Shown: positions 36,501 to 44,200 of the stretch, piece by piece
How the letters are laid out: every line of letters begins with the position of its first letter
Position numbering within the stretch: position 1 is the stretch's first letter
NCBI GenBank assembly: GCA_965207735.1
Contig: OZ242296.1
Location: 2,624,001 to 2,688,000, forward strand
Direction: 5' to 3'
Source of the DNA: Candidatus Versatilivorator sp.
GTDB lineage: Bacteria; Acidobacteriota; Terriglobia; Versatilivoradales; Versatilivoraceae
DNA length: 64,000 nucleotides
Translations under genes and position numbers: made by a program
Notes under the pieces: model-generated
Databases searched by the model: none
What the model saw: the letters and a program-made list of their open reading frames with translations, nothing else
Told to the model about the DNA's origin: nothing

Positions 36501-37589
36501 TGAGCCCATCGCCGTGGCCAAGTACCCATCCCGCAACAGGCCTCCCCGAAGCGACGAGCTCGAGCCGGTGGTGGCCCGCGTGAGGGTGTGGGTGATGCTT
36601 TCCACTTCATCCACCAGGTCGGTGTCCTGCACCGCCTCCTCCCGGTCCTCGTCCTCCCCCGCCGTCACCGTCACCGTCTGCGGCTCGTCCCAGTTCGAGG
36701 CCGTAAAGACCGGCAGGATGTCCACCGACAGGTCCGTCCCCTCGGAAGCGAACATCGATACCGTCACCGCCGAGGCCGGACTCGAGTCCAGCACCACCGT
36801 ATAGGTCCCCGTCCCTCCCTCCTCGACGGTCAGCTCCGTCGGATCGACCGTCACCCCCGTCACCGTGAAGGGAACCCCGTTGCTGGCCCTACCCCCCACC
36901 GTCACCACCACGTTGCCCGTCCTCGCTCCTGCCGGCACCGTCGCCGCGATCGAGGTCGCACTCCAGGCGGTCGTGACGGCTTCCGCCCCGTTGAAGGTCA
37001 CCGTCGAGAACCGCTTCGCCGCCCCGAAGTTCGAACCCGTGATCACGACCGATGTCCCCGGCTCCCCCGAGGTCGGATCGATCCCGCCGATCACAGGCGT
37101 CGGCGACACCGCGAACACCAACCCGTTGCTCGCCTGCCCTCCCACCGTCACCAGCACCCGGCCCGTCGCCGCCCCCACCGGCACCGCAGCCGTGATCGAA
37201 GTCGCGCTCCAACTCGTCGTGGCCGCCCCGGTCCCGTTGAAGGAGACCGTCGAAGTCCCCTTCGCCGCCCCGAAGTTCGAACCCGTGATCGTGACACTCA
37301 CCCCCACCCCTCCCGAGATCGGGGTCAGCCGGCCGATCGACGGCGCCGGCGTCCCGTCGGGGTCGTCGTCACCCAGCGTCACCTGGCAGGTGTCCCCAAT
37401 GTGTCCCTCTGCGTTCACCCTGTAGAGGATCCGCTCGTTGCCCTCCCTGCCGGAATCGTCGACCACCGTCAGCGTCCCGGTCGCGCTGCTCTCTCCCGCC
37501 GCTATCGTCAGCGTCGCCGGCGTCGTATATTCCGCCCCATGGGTCGCCGTCCCCCCGAAGGTCACCGCCCCTTGCACTATCGCACACAA
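33507..37589 (-). CDS. Large Ig-like surface protein (partial Calx-beta, IPT/TIG repeats, ASPNPC modules); probably 5'-truncated
   Basis: Five units like P.SG..G..VTI.GSNFG...SWS.T.I...VP; three [AS]PNPC.I...C...W modules; begins mid Calx-beta with no signal peptide. Confidence 0.8.
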   Translation of the reverse strand: MCAIVQGAVTFGGTATHGAEYTTPATLTIAAGESSATGTLTVVDDSGREGNERILYRVNAEGHIGDTCQVTLGDDDPDGTPAPSIGRLTPISGGVGVSVTITGSNFGAAKGTSTVSFNGTGAATTSWSATSITAAVPVGAATGRVLVTVGGQASNGLVFAVSPTPVIGGIDPTSGEPGTSVVITGSNFGAAKRFSTVTFNGAEAVTTAWSATSIAATVPAGARTGNVVVTVGGRASNGVPFTVTGVTVDPTELTVEEGGTGTYTVVLDSSPASAVTVSMFASEGTDLSVDILPVFTASNWDEPQTVTVTAGEDEDREEAVQDTDLVDEVESITHTLTRATTGSSSSLRGGLLRDGYLATAMGSPAPTREYVYLGGRLAAISQGGAVGEVSVVVTIDDDDDPDTPGVPALTNSLRLTEGHTGAYTLELGAAPTANVAIALSVSRGSDNTADVTVNPARVTFTASNWDSPQWITVSVGRDDDTVGETEVITHAATSTDSRYQGIEIPDVSVVIRDRNPTRMPKGTLTASPNPCTIAAGQTTCSTTLSWTSTDTTAVQVRRIRPQEGSTSSINEIVVRSGSPDGNRVFTGIDLTDSPFYLYEYITSTRRRGRQLATVTVKGVKALSLSPDSGPVGTVVTIMGSAFGDSRGTGPNASTVTFNGTPVTTYTSWSDTRIVVEVPAEATTGEVVVTVGGTARTIGTFTVGTVPPVGTVRCTITAAPNPCIIAKGRSTCTSTLTWTSMNTTAVRVWTKRQERTPFGYLGGTLTAFTTTDSTSGNQNATIEPAPRFRHEFAVHDHSGGRRGSQLCSVLVTGDRALSLSPASGQVGTSVTVMGSRFGARQGISTLTFGGAAVTPTSWSDTRIVFTVPQNATTGNKSVVVTVAREARTIGTFTVTTMALPRIDSFTSDPEHIATNSHSTLAWQTSNAEQVTINGSSVPVDGAQDVRPSTTGSHTYTLMACASNCSTDTGNKKVTKTVTVTVWARPTISSCSANPTDVRTGGTSRLTWTATNAQTVIVTGTSGSVTSPHTVRLSTKGAHTFTLTASNPAWTGNYAASCTVTVTAWDEPTAAISANRTSINQGQPVTVTWSSTNAETTVITGISGIGTVSGNSSGSRDLTPVQGSHDYTITASNPAWSDAGDSETVTVDARPPGTISASPNPCTIAASATTCTTTVRWSATGTTGLLVRTSHNGQAERVHASSGRTGSSSPSWIQQSPAHSYVFYLYDYENRILGARLDSVTVTGQPAPPAPSISGILPSQGVPDSQVTISGSNFGTTEDTVSFGGSSAEIESWSNTSIDALVPRHLGRGTVSVTVTANGLTSTGVDFTVTGDPVRRDPEEECEDPKDCPEEDEEEEESTPDP

Positions 37590-37663
37590 AATGCATTATG
37601 ACACATGGCTTGTCAACCCAATTTTCTTGTCTTTGGTAAAAAAACTATGCAATATGGTGCATA
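37573..37663. promoter_or_regulatory. AT-rich divergent control region with candidate operators
   Basis: TGCANTAT at 37573, 37592 and 37648; palindrome TATGCA-N6-TGCATA at 37646-37663; minus-strand TTGACA at 37611-37616. Confidence 0.5.
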
Positions 37664-37690
37664 TAAGACGGCCTTATTCACAGGTGCCCC

Positions 37691-38464
37691 ATGTGCGCGG
37701 AGAAGCCTTTCGACCTGATCCGCACCGCCATCCGCGAATCCCTCATACGGTCCGGCGCCGGCGCCAGAACCCTCGAATCCAAGCTCGGCCTCAAGCCCTG
37801 GTCCCTCAGGGGCATCCTCGACCGCCGCCGCCCCCAGGTCCCCTCGGTCGACCGTGCCTTCGAGATCTGCCAGGCTCTCGGCCTCGAGTTCTACATCGGC
37901 CCTCCCCGGCGCTCTTCCTCCTCCCCGCCTCCGACCCGGACCGACCCCGCCCCCGAGTGGGTCGAGATCCTCCGCTCCGAGATCCGCCAGGCCCTCAACC
38001 CCGATAACGCCGGCCTCTCCCACGACCTTGTCCACGTCCCCCACCTCAGGACCCTCGTCGGCAGCGGCGCCGACCGTCTCGACCCCGAGGAAATCGGGCT
38101 CGTCCCCTTCCGCAAGAGCTGGCTGCTCCAAGACGGCATCGACCTTCACCGGTGCTATATGGTCCGCGTCCAGGGCCACGCCATGGCTCCCACCCTCCCC
38201 GACGGCTGCCTCGTCCTGGTCAACCCCGCATGGAAGGACCGCGAGAACGATCGCCTCTACCTGGTCCGCTCCCGCCAGGGGCTCATCGCCCGCCGCGTCC
38301 GCAAGGGACCCAGCGGCTCCCGCGGCATGGTGGCCGACAACCTCGCCTTCAACGATCGGTTCTGGCCGACCGACAAGGACGTGCTGGGGGAACTGGTCTG
38401 GATGGCTCGATGCCTGCGGAGTAAAAGCTCGGAGGCAGGAGTGTATGCGTGGGAAACGAAGTGA
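37691..38464 (+). CDS. XRE-HTH / S24-like (phage CI/LexA-type) transcriptional regulator
   Basis: N-terminal HTH (ARTLESKLGLKPWSLRGI...PSVDRAFEICQALGL); C-terminal VQGHAMAPTLPDGCLVLV...VLGELVW. Confidence 0.85.
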   Translation: MCAEKPFDLIRTAIRESLIRSGAGARTLESKLGLKPWSLRGILDRRRPQVPSVDRAFEICQALGLEFYIGPPRRSSSSPPPTRTDPAPEWVEILRSEIRQALNPDNAGLSHDLVHVPHLRTLVGSGADRLDPEEIGLVPFRKSWLLQDGIDLHRCYMVRVQGHAMAPTLPDGCLVLVNPAWKDRENDRLYLVRSRQGLIARRVRKGPSGSRGMVADNLAFNDRFWPTDKDVLGELVWMARCLRSKSSEAGVYAWETK

Positions 38465-38811
38465 CAGACCGGCCCGGACCCGCCCGGCTACCCGTACCGG
38501 TCCGGACAGGAAGAGACCGAGGACGATCCCGGCGAAAGCCAGCCCCCCCAGACACGGTTACAGTGAGGAGGTTCAAGCCCGCTCCGGGTTGGAGGGATAC
38601 CGCCGCCGGGACTGCTTGGAGTAAACGGGGCCTCGAGAAGCCCGCCGGCCCGGACACTGAATCGGCCGCAAGCTATCCCCCGCAAGCCAGCCTGTATTGG
38701 TCACGGACACCCCCGTGCCGGTTGCCCTCGTAACCGGACGGGCCTTGCGTCCAGCGATTGATCAGGCCGACCCCGTCACGGCAAAGAACCCTGGAATCTG
38801 TCAGGATGTTC

Positions 38812-38865
38812 CCAGGCAAGTCCCGCCCCTGCCCTGCCGGGCAGATCATCCGAAGGTGAAACAAC
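38812..38865 (-). repeat. Family A repeat, partial copy (right end only)
   Basis: CAGGCAAGTCCCGCCCCTGCCCTGCCGGGCAGATCATCCGAAGGTGAAACAA matches about 60188-60240. Confidence 0.8.
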
Positions 38866-38921
38866 GAATCTTCATGTCCTGCCGGGAATAGGGGCCATGC
38901 CGTGCTAAACCGGTTTTCGAC

Positions 38922-39219
38922 TTATTGAACATGGATGCACAGGATAGACAGGATAAACAGCTAGCCGTTTTCGTTTTGGAAATGAAGACGAACCACGAAT
39001 GGACACGAATAGACAGGAATAGGGATGGACCACCTTCAATGACCAACCGCGCCCGAATGCATCTGCTATATCGTGACCTTCTATTGAACATCGATGCACA
39101 GGATTAACAGGACGAGAGCTTCCTGCACCAGAAGCCAACTCGGGCGATGATCCGGGCGGATTTGCGAATTCCCGGCATTGGAAGCTAGCCGTTTCCTGAA
39201 GAATCCTGTGCATCGATGT
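38922..39219. repeat. Family B foldback repeat cluster
   Basis: Half copy at 38922-38985; full copy 39088-39219 with perfect 18-bp arms ACATCGATGCACAGGATT / AATCCTGTGCATCGATGT; interior matches 59596-59747. Confidence 0.88.
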
Positions 39220-39309
39220 CGATAATTCCTGTAAATTTCGGTGACCCCTTTGCCGACCTTTGGCCCATTTCTCTTGAGCCTTCTCCAACGCCTTAGTGGC
39301 TCGTCTCGG

Positions 39310-39315
39310 TATAAT
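39310..39315 (+). promoter_or_regulatory. Putative -10 box of the epimerase-enolase-dehydrogenase operon
   Basis: Perfect TATAAT about 55 nt upstream of ATG 39371. Confidence 0.4.
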
Positions 39316-39370
39316 GGGCGGACCTCGCTCTGACAGAGGAAATTCCAACGGACATCAAAGGACAGGGCCG

Positions 39371-40213
39371 ATGAGCAATATCAGCTATAGCACCGTGGGT
39401 TTTAGAGATCGGGATGTGGAGGCTGCCCTGGACGGGGTCGCTGCCGCGGGGTTCACCCAAACGGAAATATTGGGACAAGAGCCTCACCTGGCGGCCCCCC
39501 CCACGGGGAAGGCTTTGGCGGACTTTCGAGCCCGCCTGGCGGCGCGAGGTCTTCGGGCCAGAACGGTTCATGCTCCCTTGACCCGGAATGTCCTGGGAGC
39601 CCCCGAGGAAAACTGGCGCCTGGAAGTGGTCGAGATATTGGCCGGCTACCTTCGGCTGGCCGCCGGACTGGAGGCCACCGAAGTCATTATTCATCCGGTA
39701 CCCAACCCCATTTTCGTTCCCGAGGGCGACCATCCCGAGGTGGCTCGCCGCATCGCCGATGCGGTTCCGCGGTCCCTGGACCGACTGGTTCCGGTTGCCC
39801 GCCTCGAGGGCGTCCGCATCCTGCTGGAGAACCTGCCCTACTCCTGCGGCTATCCCTATCTGGACATGCGGGAATTGCGGCCGCTGGTGGATGGCTACCC
39901 CGAGGAGCAACTGGGACTGGTGATCGATACCGGACACGCCTGGACGATGAGACGGGACCCCTCCCTGGAAATCGAGCTCGCCGGATCCCGTCTCCGGGGA
40001 ACCCACCTGCAGGACGTCGACTACGAGAACCCCAACGACAACCACTGGGCGCCAACGAAGGGAGGACTGAACTGGCCGGCCATCCGCAAGGCGCTGGCTT
40101 CGGTGGGATATCCCGGCCCCTGGACCTTTGAAGTCGCCCAGGGGACCCAGGGCGAGACCCCCGACCAGTTGGCGCATTTCACCCGCCAGGTGGCGCGCTC
40201 CTGGGGCCTGTAA
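39371..40213 (+). CDS. Sugar phosphate isomerase/epimerase (xylose isomerase-like TIM barrel)
   Basis: VHAP, LLENL, IDTGHA, THLQD, DNHWAP and TFEV metal motifs. Confidence 0.88.
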   Translation: MSNISYSTVGFRDRDVEAALDGVAAAGFTQTEILGQEPHLAAPPTGKALADFRARLAARGLRARTVHAPLTRNVLGAPEENWRLEVVEILAGYLRLAAGLEATEVIIHPVPNPIFVPEGDHPEVARRIADAVPRSLDRLVPVARLEGVRILLENLPYSCGYPYLDMRELRPLVDGYPEEQLGLVIDTGHAWTMRRDPSLEIELAGSRLRGTHLQDVDYENPNDNHWAPTKGGLNWPAIRKALASVGYPGPWTFEVAQGTQGETPDQLAHFTRQVARSWGL

Positions 40214-41401
40214 ATGAAGATTACCGACATCCGTGTCCATGGAGGCCGCCTTTCCAGCCTGACCTTCGTGCAGGTGGAAACCGACGAGGGCTTGACCGGA
40301 ATCGGGGTCACCGGCTCTCCCTCCTGGATCATCGGGCCCATTGTCCAGGACCGACAGGGAGGCTTGATCCGCTTTCTGGCTGGCCGGGACCCGCTGGAAC
40401 CCGGCCGCCTCTGGGTGCGCATGTTCCAGGACTGGCAGGCCCTCAGGGGGCGCGGCGGCGAGGGCGGCATGGCGGTCAATGCCATGGGCGCCGTCGACAT
40501 GGCTCTTTGGGACCTGGCCGGAAAAGCCCTGAACCAGCCGCTCTGCAAGCTGCTTGGAGGAGCGGTTCAGAACCGGGTCATGGCCTACGCCAGCGGCACG
40601 GCCTTCGATCCCGACTCCCTGGCGGGAAGTGTCCCGCCCCGACTGAAGTCCCCCGAGCAGTTGGCAGCGGAAAGCCGAGCCTTTGTCCAGCAAGGGTTTC
40701 GGGCTATCAAGTTCGGATGGGGCAACCACTTCCGCACCGAGGACGAAGAGAGATTGGCCGCCATCCGTCAGGCCATCGGGCCGGAGACCCGCCTGATGCT
40801 CGACTTCGGCTGTCCGGCCTATTGGACCCCCGGCTGGAACCTCAAGGAAGCCATTCGAGCCACCCGCTTTCTGGAAGAGTTCGACCTCTACTTCCTTGAG
40901 GAGCCCATGCCCCCCTTCGACGTGGACGGCTACGCCGCGCTGACCCAGGCCGCCGAGGTCAAGATCGCTTCCGGGGAGAGTCTGGGCACCACCCATGAGT
41001 TCCAACCCTTCATCGACCGCCGGGCGCTGGACGTCATCCAGCCCGACGCCGCCCAGATGGGGGTTACCCAGTGTCACTACGTCGCCCGTCGGGCCGAGGA
41101 AGCCGGCCTGCTCTGCATCCCCCACAGCCCCTGGTCGGCCACGGTGGTTGCCGCCCACCTCCACATTCTCTTTACCGTGACCAACGGAGCCATGGTGGAA
41201 TATCCCGGCTGGGAGGCCCTGCGCGAAGGGTCGACCTCGGCTTACCGGATCGCCAGGATGGCCCACGAGGAAATCATCGAGCGCCCACTCAAGCTGAGCG
41301 ACGGCTACCTCCAGCTTCCGGAAAGCCCGGGGCTGGGATTGGGCAACTACGTCCCGGAAGCGCTCTCGCGGATGGAACAGCTGGCGGCACAAGGAGATTG
41401 A
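40214..41401 (+). CDS. Mandelate racemase/muconate lactonizing enzyme family protein
   Basis: GAVDMALWDLAGK, MLDFG, LEEP, SGES, IQPD, IPHS, PGLG. Confidence 0.92.
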   Translation: MKITDIRVHGGRLSSLTFVQVETDEGLTGIGVTGSPSWIIGPIVQDRQGGLIRFLAGRDPLEPGRLWVRMFQDWQALRGRGGEGGMAVNAMGAVDMALWDLAGKALNQPLCKLLGGAVQNRVMAYASGTAFDPDSLAGSVPPRLKSPEQLAAESRAFVQQGFRAIKFGWGNHFRTEDEERLAAIRQAIGPETRLMLDFGCPAYWTPGWNLKEAIRATRFLEEFDLYFLEEPMPPFDVDGYAALTQAAEVKIASGESLGTTHEFQPFIDRRALDVIQPDAAQMGVTQCHYVARRAEEAGLLCIPHSPWSATVVAAHLHILFTVTNGAMVEYPGWEALREGSTSAYRIARMAHEEIIERPLKLSDGYLQLPESPGLGLGNYVPEALSRMEQLAAQGD

Positions 41402-41402
41402 T

Positions 41403-42377
41403 TTGGCGGGAAAACCCCCTTTCCTGGCGGTGGTCAGTTGGCTCCCCCAGGGCTTGGAAAAGATCGAAAGCTGCGTGGACGGCGTCCGGGTGGTTGCCGG
41501 TGAGGACCGCGAGTTCCTGATGGAGGCCTTCGCCGAGGCCGAGGTGGCCTTTGTGGGGGCTTTCGATCCCGGACTTCTGCGGGTGGCCAGGAAACTCCGC
41601 TGGGTTCACGCAGGCTCGGGCGGCGTGGAAGGCTACATGTTTCCGCAACTGGTGGAGAGCGCCGTCACCGTGACCTGCTCCAAACCCTGCTTCGATTCGA
41701 CCGGGGCCGAGTACGCCCTGGGAATGATGCTGGCCTTCAGCCGCCGGCTACATGTCGATTTGAGGCACGGGCCGGACCGGGAGTGGGAATGGTCGGTTCC
41801 GGGGACCCTGCGCTCTCGAGGCCAATGGCCCACCGAGCTGAAGGGCAGGACCGTCGGCATCATGGGTCTGGGTGTGATGGGATCGGAAATCGCCCGGGTG
41901 GCAAAATGCTTCGGCATGCGGGTCATCGCAATGGCCAGAACGCAACGAACCCCTCCGCAAACCGTGGACCGGTTGCTGAGACCGGCTCAAATGGACGAGC
42001 TTCTGGCAGACTCGGATTTCGTGGTTCTGAGTCTCCCGCTCACTCCCGAGACCAGGGGAGCGATCGGCGCTCGGGAACTGGGAAGGATGAAAGACAGCGC
42101 CTGCTTCATCGATGTTTCCGGGAGGCCGGCACTCTACGACCTGGAAGCCGTTCGGAGGGCTCTGGAGGAAAGACACATCGCCGGAGCCGCCCTGCAACTG
42201 GAAGTGCCGCCCCCCGATTCGGCGCTGTGGGGGGTGGAAAATCTGCTGATGTCGTTCCACCGCGTCGTCACTCGCGAGGAATACCAGCGTTGCGTCGAGC
42301 TGTTTTGCGAGAACCTGCGGCGCTACTGCCAGGGGCAACCCCTGTTGGGCCTGGTGGACAAGTCGGCCGGCTACTGA
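41403..42377 (+). CDS. D-2-hydroxyacid dehydrogenase family protein
   Basis: LRWVHAGSGGVE, GIMGLGVMG, LPLTPET and VDKSAGY C-terminus. Confidence 0.88.
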   Translation: MAGKPPFLAVVSWLPQGLEKIESCVDGVRVVAGEDREFLMEAFAEAEVAFVGAFDPGLLRVARKLRWVHAGSGGVEGYMFPQLVESAVTVTCSKPCFDSTGAEYALGMMLAFSRRLHVDLRHGPDREWEWSVPGTLRSRGQWPTELKGRTVGIMGLGVMGSEIARVAKCFGMRVIAMARTQRTPPQTVDRLLRPAQMDELLADSDFVVLSLPLTPETRGAIGARELGRMKDSACFIDVSGRPALYDLEAVRRALEERHIAGAALQLEVPPPDSALWGVENLLMSFHRVVTREEYQRCVELFCENLRRYCQGQPLLGLVDKSAGY

Positions 42378-42412
42378 ACAGACCTGCTCCCGACCGATGT
42401 CCCGCACCCCCG

Positions 42413-43330
42413 CTACAGCAATCGCTGTTTTTTGAGGAAGTCCCCCAACTGTTCCATCTCGGCGTCGCTGAGGCTGTAGTAGGGAGGTCTTCTCCAACGC
42501 CCGCAGAGCCCGTAGTGCTCGTAAATCCCGTGAAACCAGGCGTCAAAGGCTCCCTGCCGCGCCATGATGAACTCGAACAGAGGCAGATCGAAGTTCCGGA
42601 TGATTTCGACGGCCTTGGCCATGTCCTCCGTCTGGATGGCCTTCCAATAGTCGTGGGATACCTCGGGCTTGAAGGTGATGAAGGTTGAAAGGTACCCGTC
42701 ACAGCCGAAAGGATGAAGGTTCAGGTGATTCTGCTTCTGCCCACCGGAAAAGACGGCCCAGCGGTCGTGGACCAGCAGCGCCATCTTCCGGCCGAACTCC
42801 CCGCACCAGTCGTCCTTGATGGCCACCACTCCCGGCACCTCGTCCCGAACCCGTTTGAGCGTCTCCAGGCCGAAGGCCTCCCCCCGAGGCACGAAGGTGG
42901 CCGTGATGATCATTACCGGCAGTTCGGCTGCAGCAGCCGCATAGTGGTCCACCAGCGTGGACGTGGTGCAGGACCCGGCCCAGTCGGGCGGCATCACCAT
43001 CAGGACGCCGGCACCGGTCTCCTTGGCGTAACGGGCGAACTCCACCAGCTTGGGTGTTCCCCAGTTCCTTTCGGCCGCCACCACCATCGCCCGCCCGGCG
43101 GTCTGCTCACAAACCACCCGGGTGACCTCGGCAATATCGTCATCGGTCAGGAGTGTATACAGGCTGTCCCCCCAGGTCAGCAGCATGGTGGGGCTGCCGG
43201 CCTGGATGGAAAAATCCACATACCGCCGCAGGCCGGCGTAGTCGACTTGACCGTCCCGCAGAAAGGGGGTCCGGATGGAAGCCACCGGACCGGTCAGATT
43301 GTTTCGAATCTCCTGCTTGAGAGCATCCAT
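42413..43330 (-). CDS. Dihydrodipicolinate synthase (DapA/NanA class I aldolase) family protein
   Basis: TPF...VDY, LTDDD, VMPP, Schiff-base VVAIKDD and RPPY. Confidence 0.85.
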   Translation of the reverse strand: MDALKQEIRNNLTGPVASIRTPFLRDGQVDYAGLRRYVDFSIQAGSPTMLLTWGDSLYTLLTDDDIAEVTRVVCEQTAGRAMVVAAERNWGTPKLVEFARYAKETGAGVLMVMPPDWAGSCTTSTLVDHYAAAAAELPVMIITATFVPRGEAFGLETLKRVRDEVPGVVAIKDDWCGEFGRKMALLVHDRWAVFSGGQKQNHLNLHPFGCDGYLSTFITFKPEVSHDYWKAIQTEDMAKAVEIIRNFDLPLFEFIMARQGAFDAWFHGIYEHYGLCGRWRRPPYYSLSDAEMEQLGDFLKKQRLL

Positions 43331-43333
43331 GGC

Positions 43334-43729
43334 TTACTCCTTGACGATCAGTCCGAGCAGGGCGCCCGCCACACCCCCTTGCACCACGGTTCCCAGGAAC
43401 CAGACCAATGCGATCGTGTGGGTAAAAGGCATTACGGCAAAGCTGCCGTAGCCCATTCCGATTCCAACGGCCACCCCGTACAGCAGACCGAATTGAATGG
43501 CCCGGCCCAACACCTTCCGGCAAATCAAGAACTTGTAGATACTGACGAACATCAACGCGGAAATCAGCGTCACCACGTAGATCAACCCGATCATGATCTC
43601 GGTCTCGGGCCGCCAAAGTGCAGCCGTAGCCCGATATTCACCCATCAGGATCAGCTGATGAATGACAATATCCAGCAAGGACCAAGCCAGAAAAACAGCC
43701 ACTACGGCCAGGATGGTTCTTTTCCCCAT
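43334..43729 (-). CDS. Small four-helix membrane protein of unknown function
   Basis: Four hydrophobic segments; AGGAG RBS; 3 nt from the DapA-like start. Confidence 0.75.
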   Translation of the reverse strand: MGKRTILAVVAVFLAWSLLDIVIHQLILMGEYRATAALWRPETEIMIGLIYVVTLISALMFVSIYKFLICRKVLGRAIQFGLLYGVAVGIGMGYGSFAVMPFTHTIALVWFLGTVVQGGVAGALLGLIVKE

Positions 43730-43769
43730 CTCGTCTCCTTTTCGTTACCCAGCCTCATTCCTGCGTTGT

Positions 43770-44136
43770 TCAGGAAGCAGCCAGGCGTAGCTCTCCCACC
43801 GAATCGATCATCCGACGCACCCGGTCTACGAACCAGGCGGGCGGATGTCTCAAGGGCAACCTGGCCGGGCCGCAAGGAATTCCGACCAGCGGCATGCAGG
43901 CCTTGATAAAGTTGCCCTCCCCCGTGATCCCTTCACGTATCACTTCCGCCAAAGCCCGATTGTACACTTCTTCCGACGCCATACACCCCCGTTCCGGTCC
44001 GCAACCCTCCGCTGACGAGATATTCGATACAGGTCCCGATCCTGGGAAGATCCAGTGAATAGTCTTCCTTCATGGGAGTGCAGGCTGCGACAAAAATTCC
44101 CTGATACTTCGATTTGGCCTCTTCGCTCTTCGTCAT
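43770..44136 (-). pseudogene. Internally deleted DapA-family gene
   Basis: N-terminal YQGIFVAACTPMKEDYSLDL and C-terminal IKACMPLVGIPCGPARLPL are in different frames and joined near 43980; the catalytic middle is missing. Confidence 0.75.
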
Positions 44137-44200
44137 GGCTTCTTGTCTTCCCGGGCTGCAGTCGGTTGGTGAACGAGAGCCTCCCCCCAGACAGGAGTCT

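Noticed and set aside
37691-38464. Prophage suggested by the CI-like repressor
   Set aside because: No integrase, replication, structural or lysis genes nearby.
38465-38810. GC-rich hairpins downstream of the regulator as a possible ncRNA
   Set aside because: Single copy, no recognisable family motif; such stems are expected by chance at this GC content.
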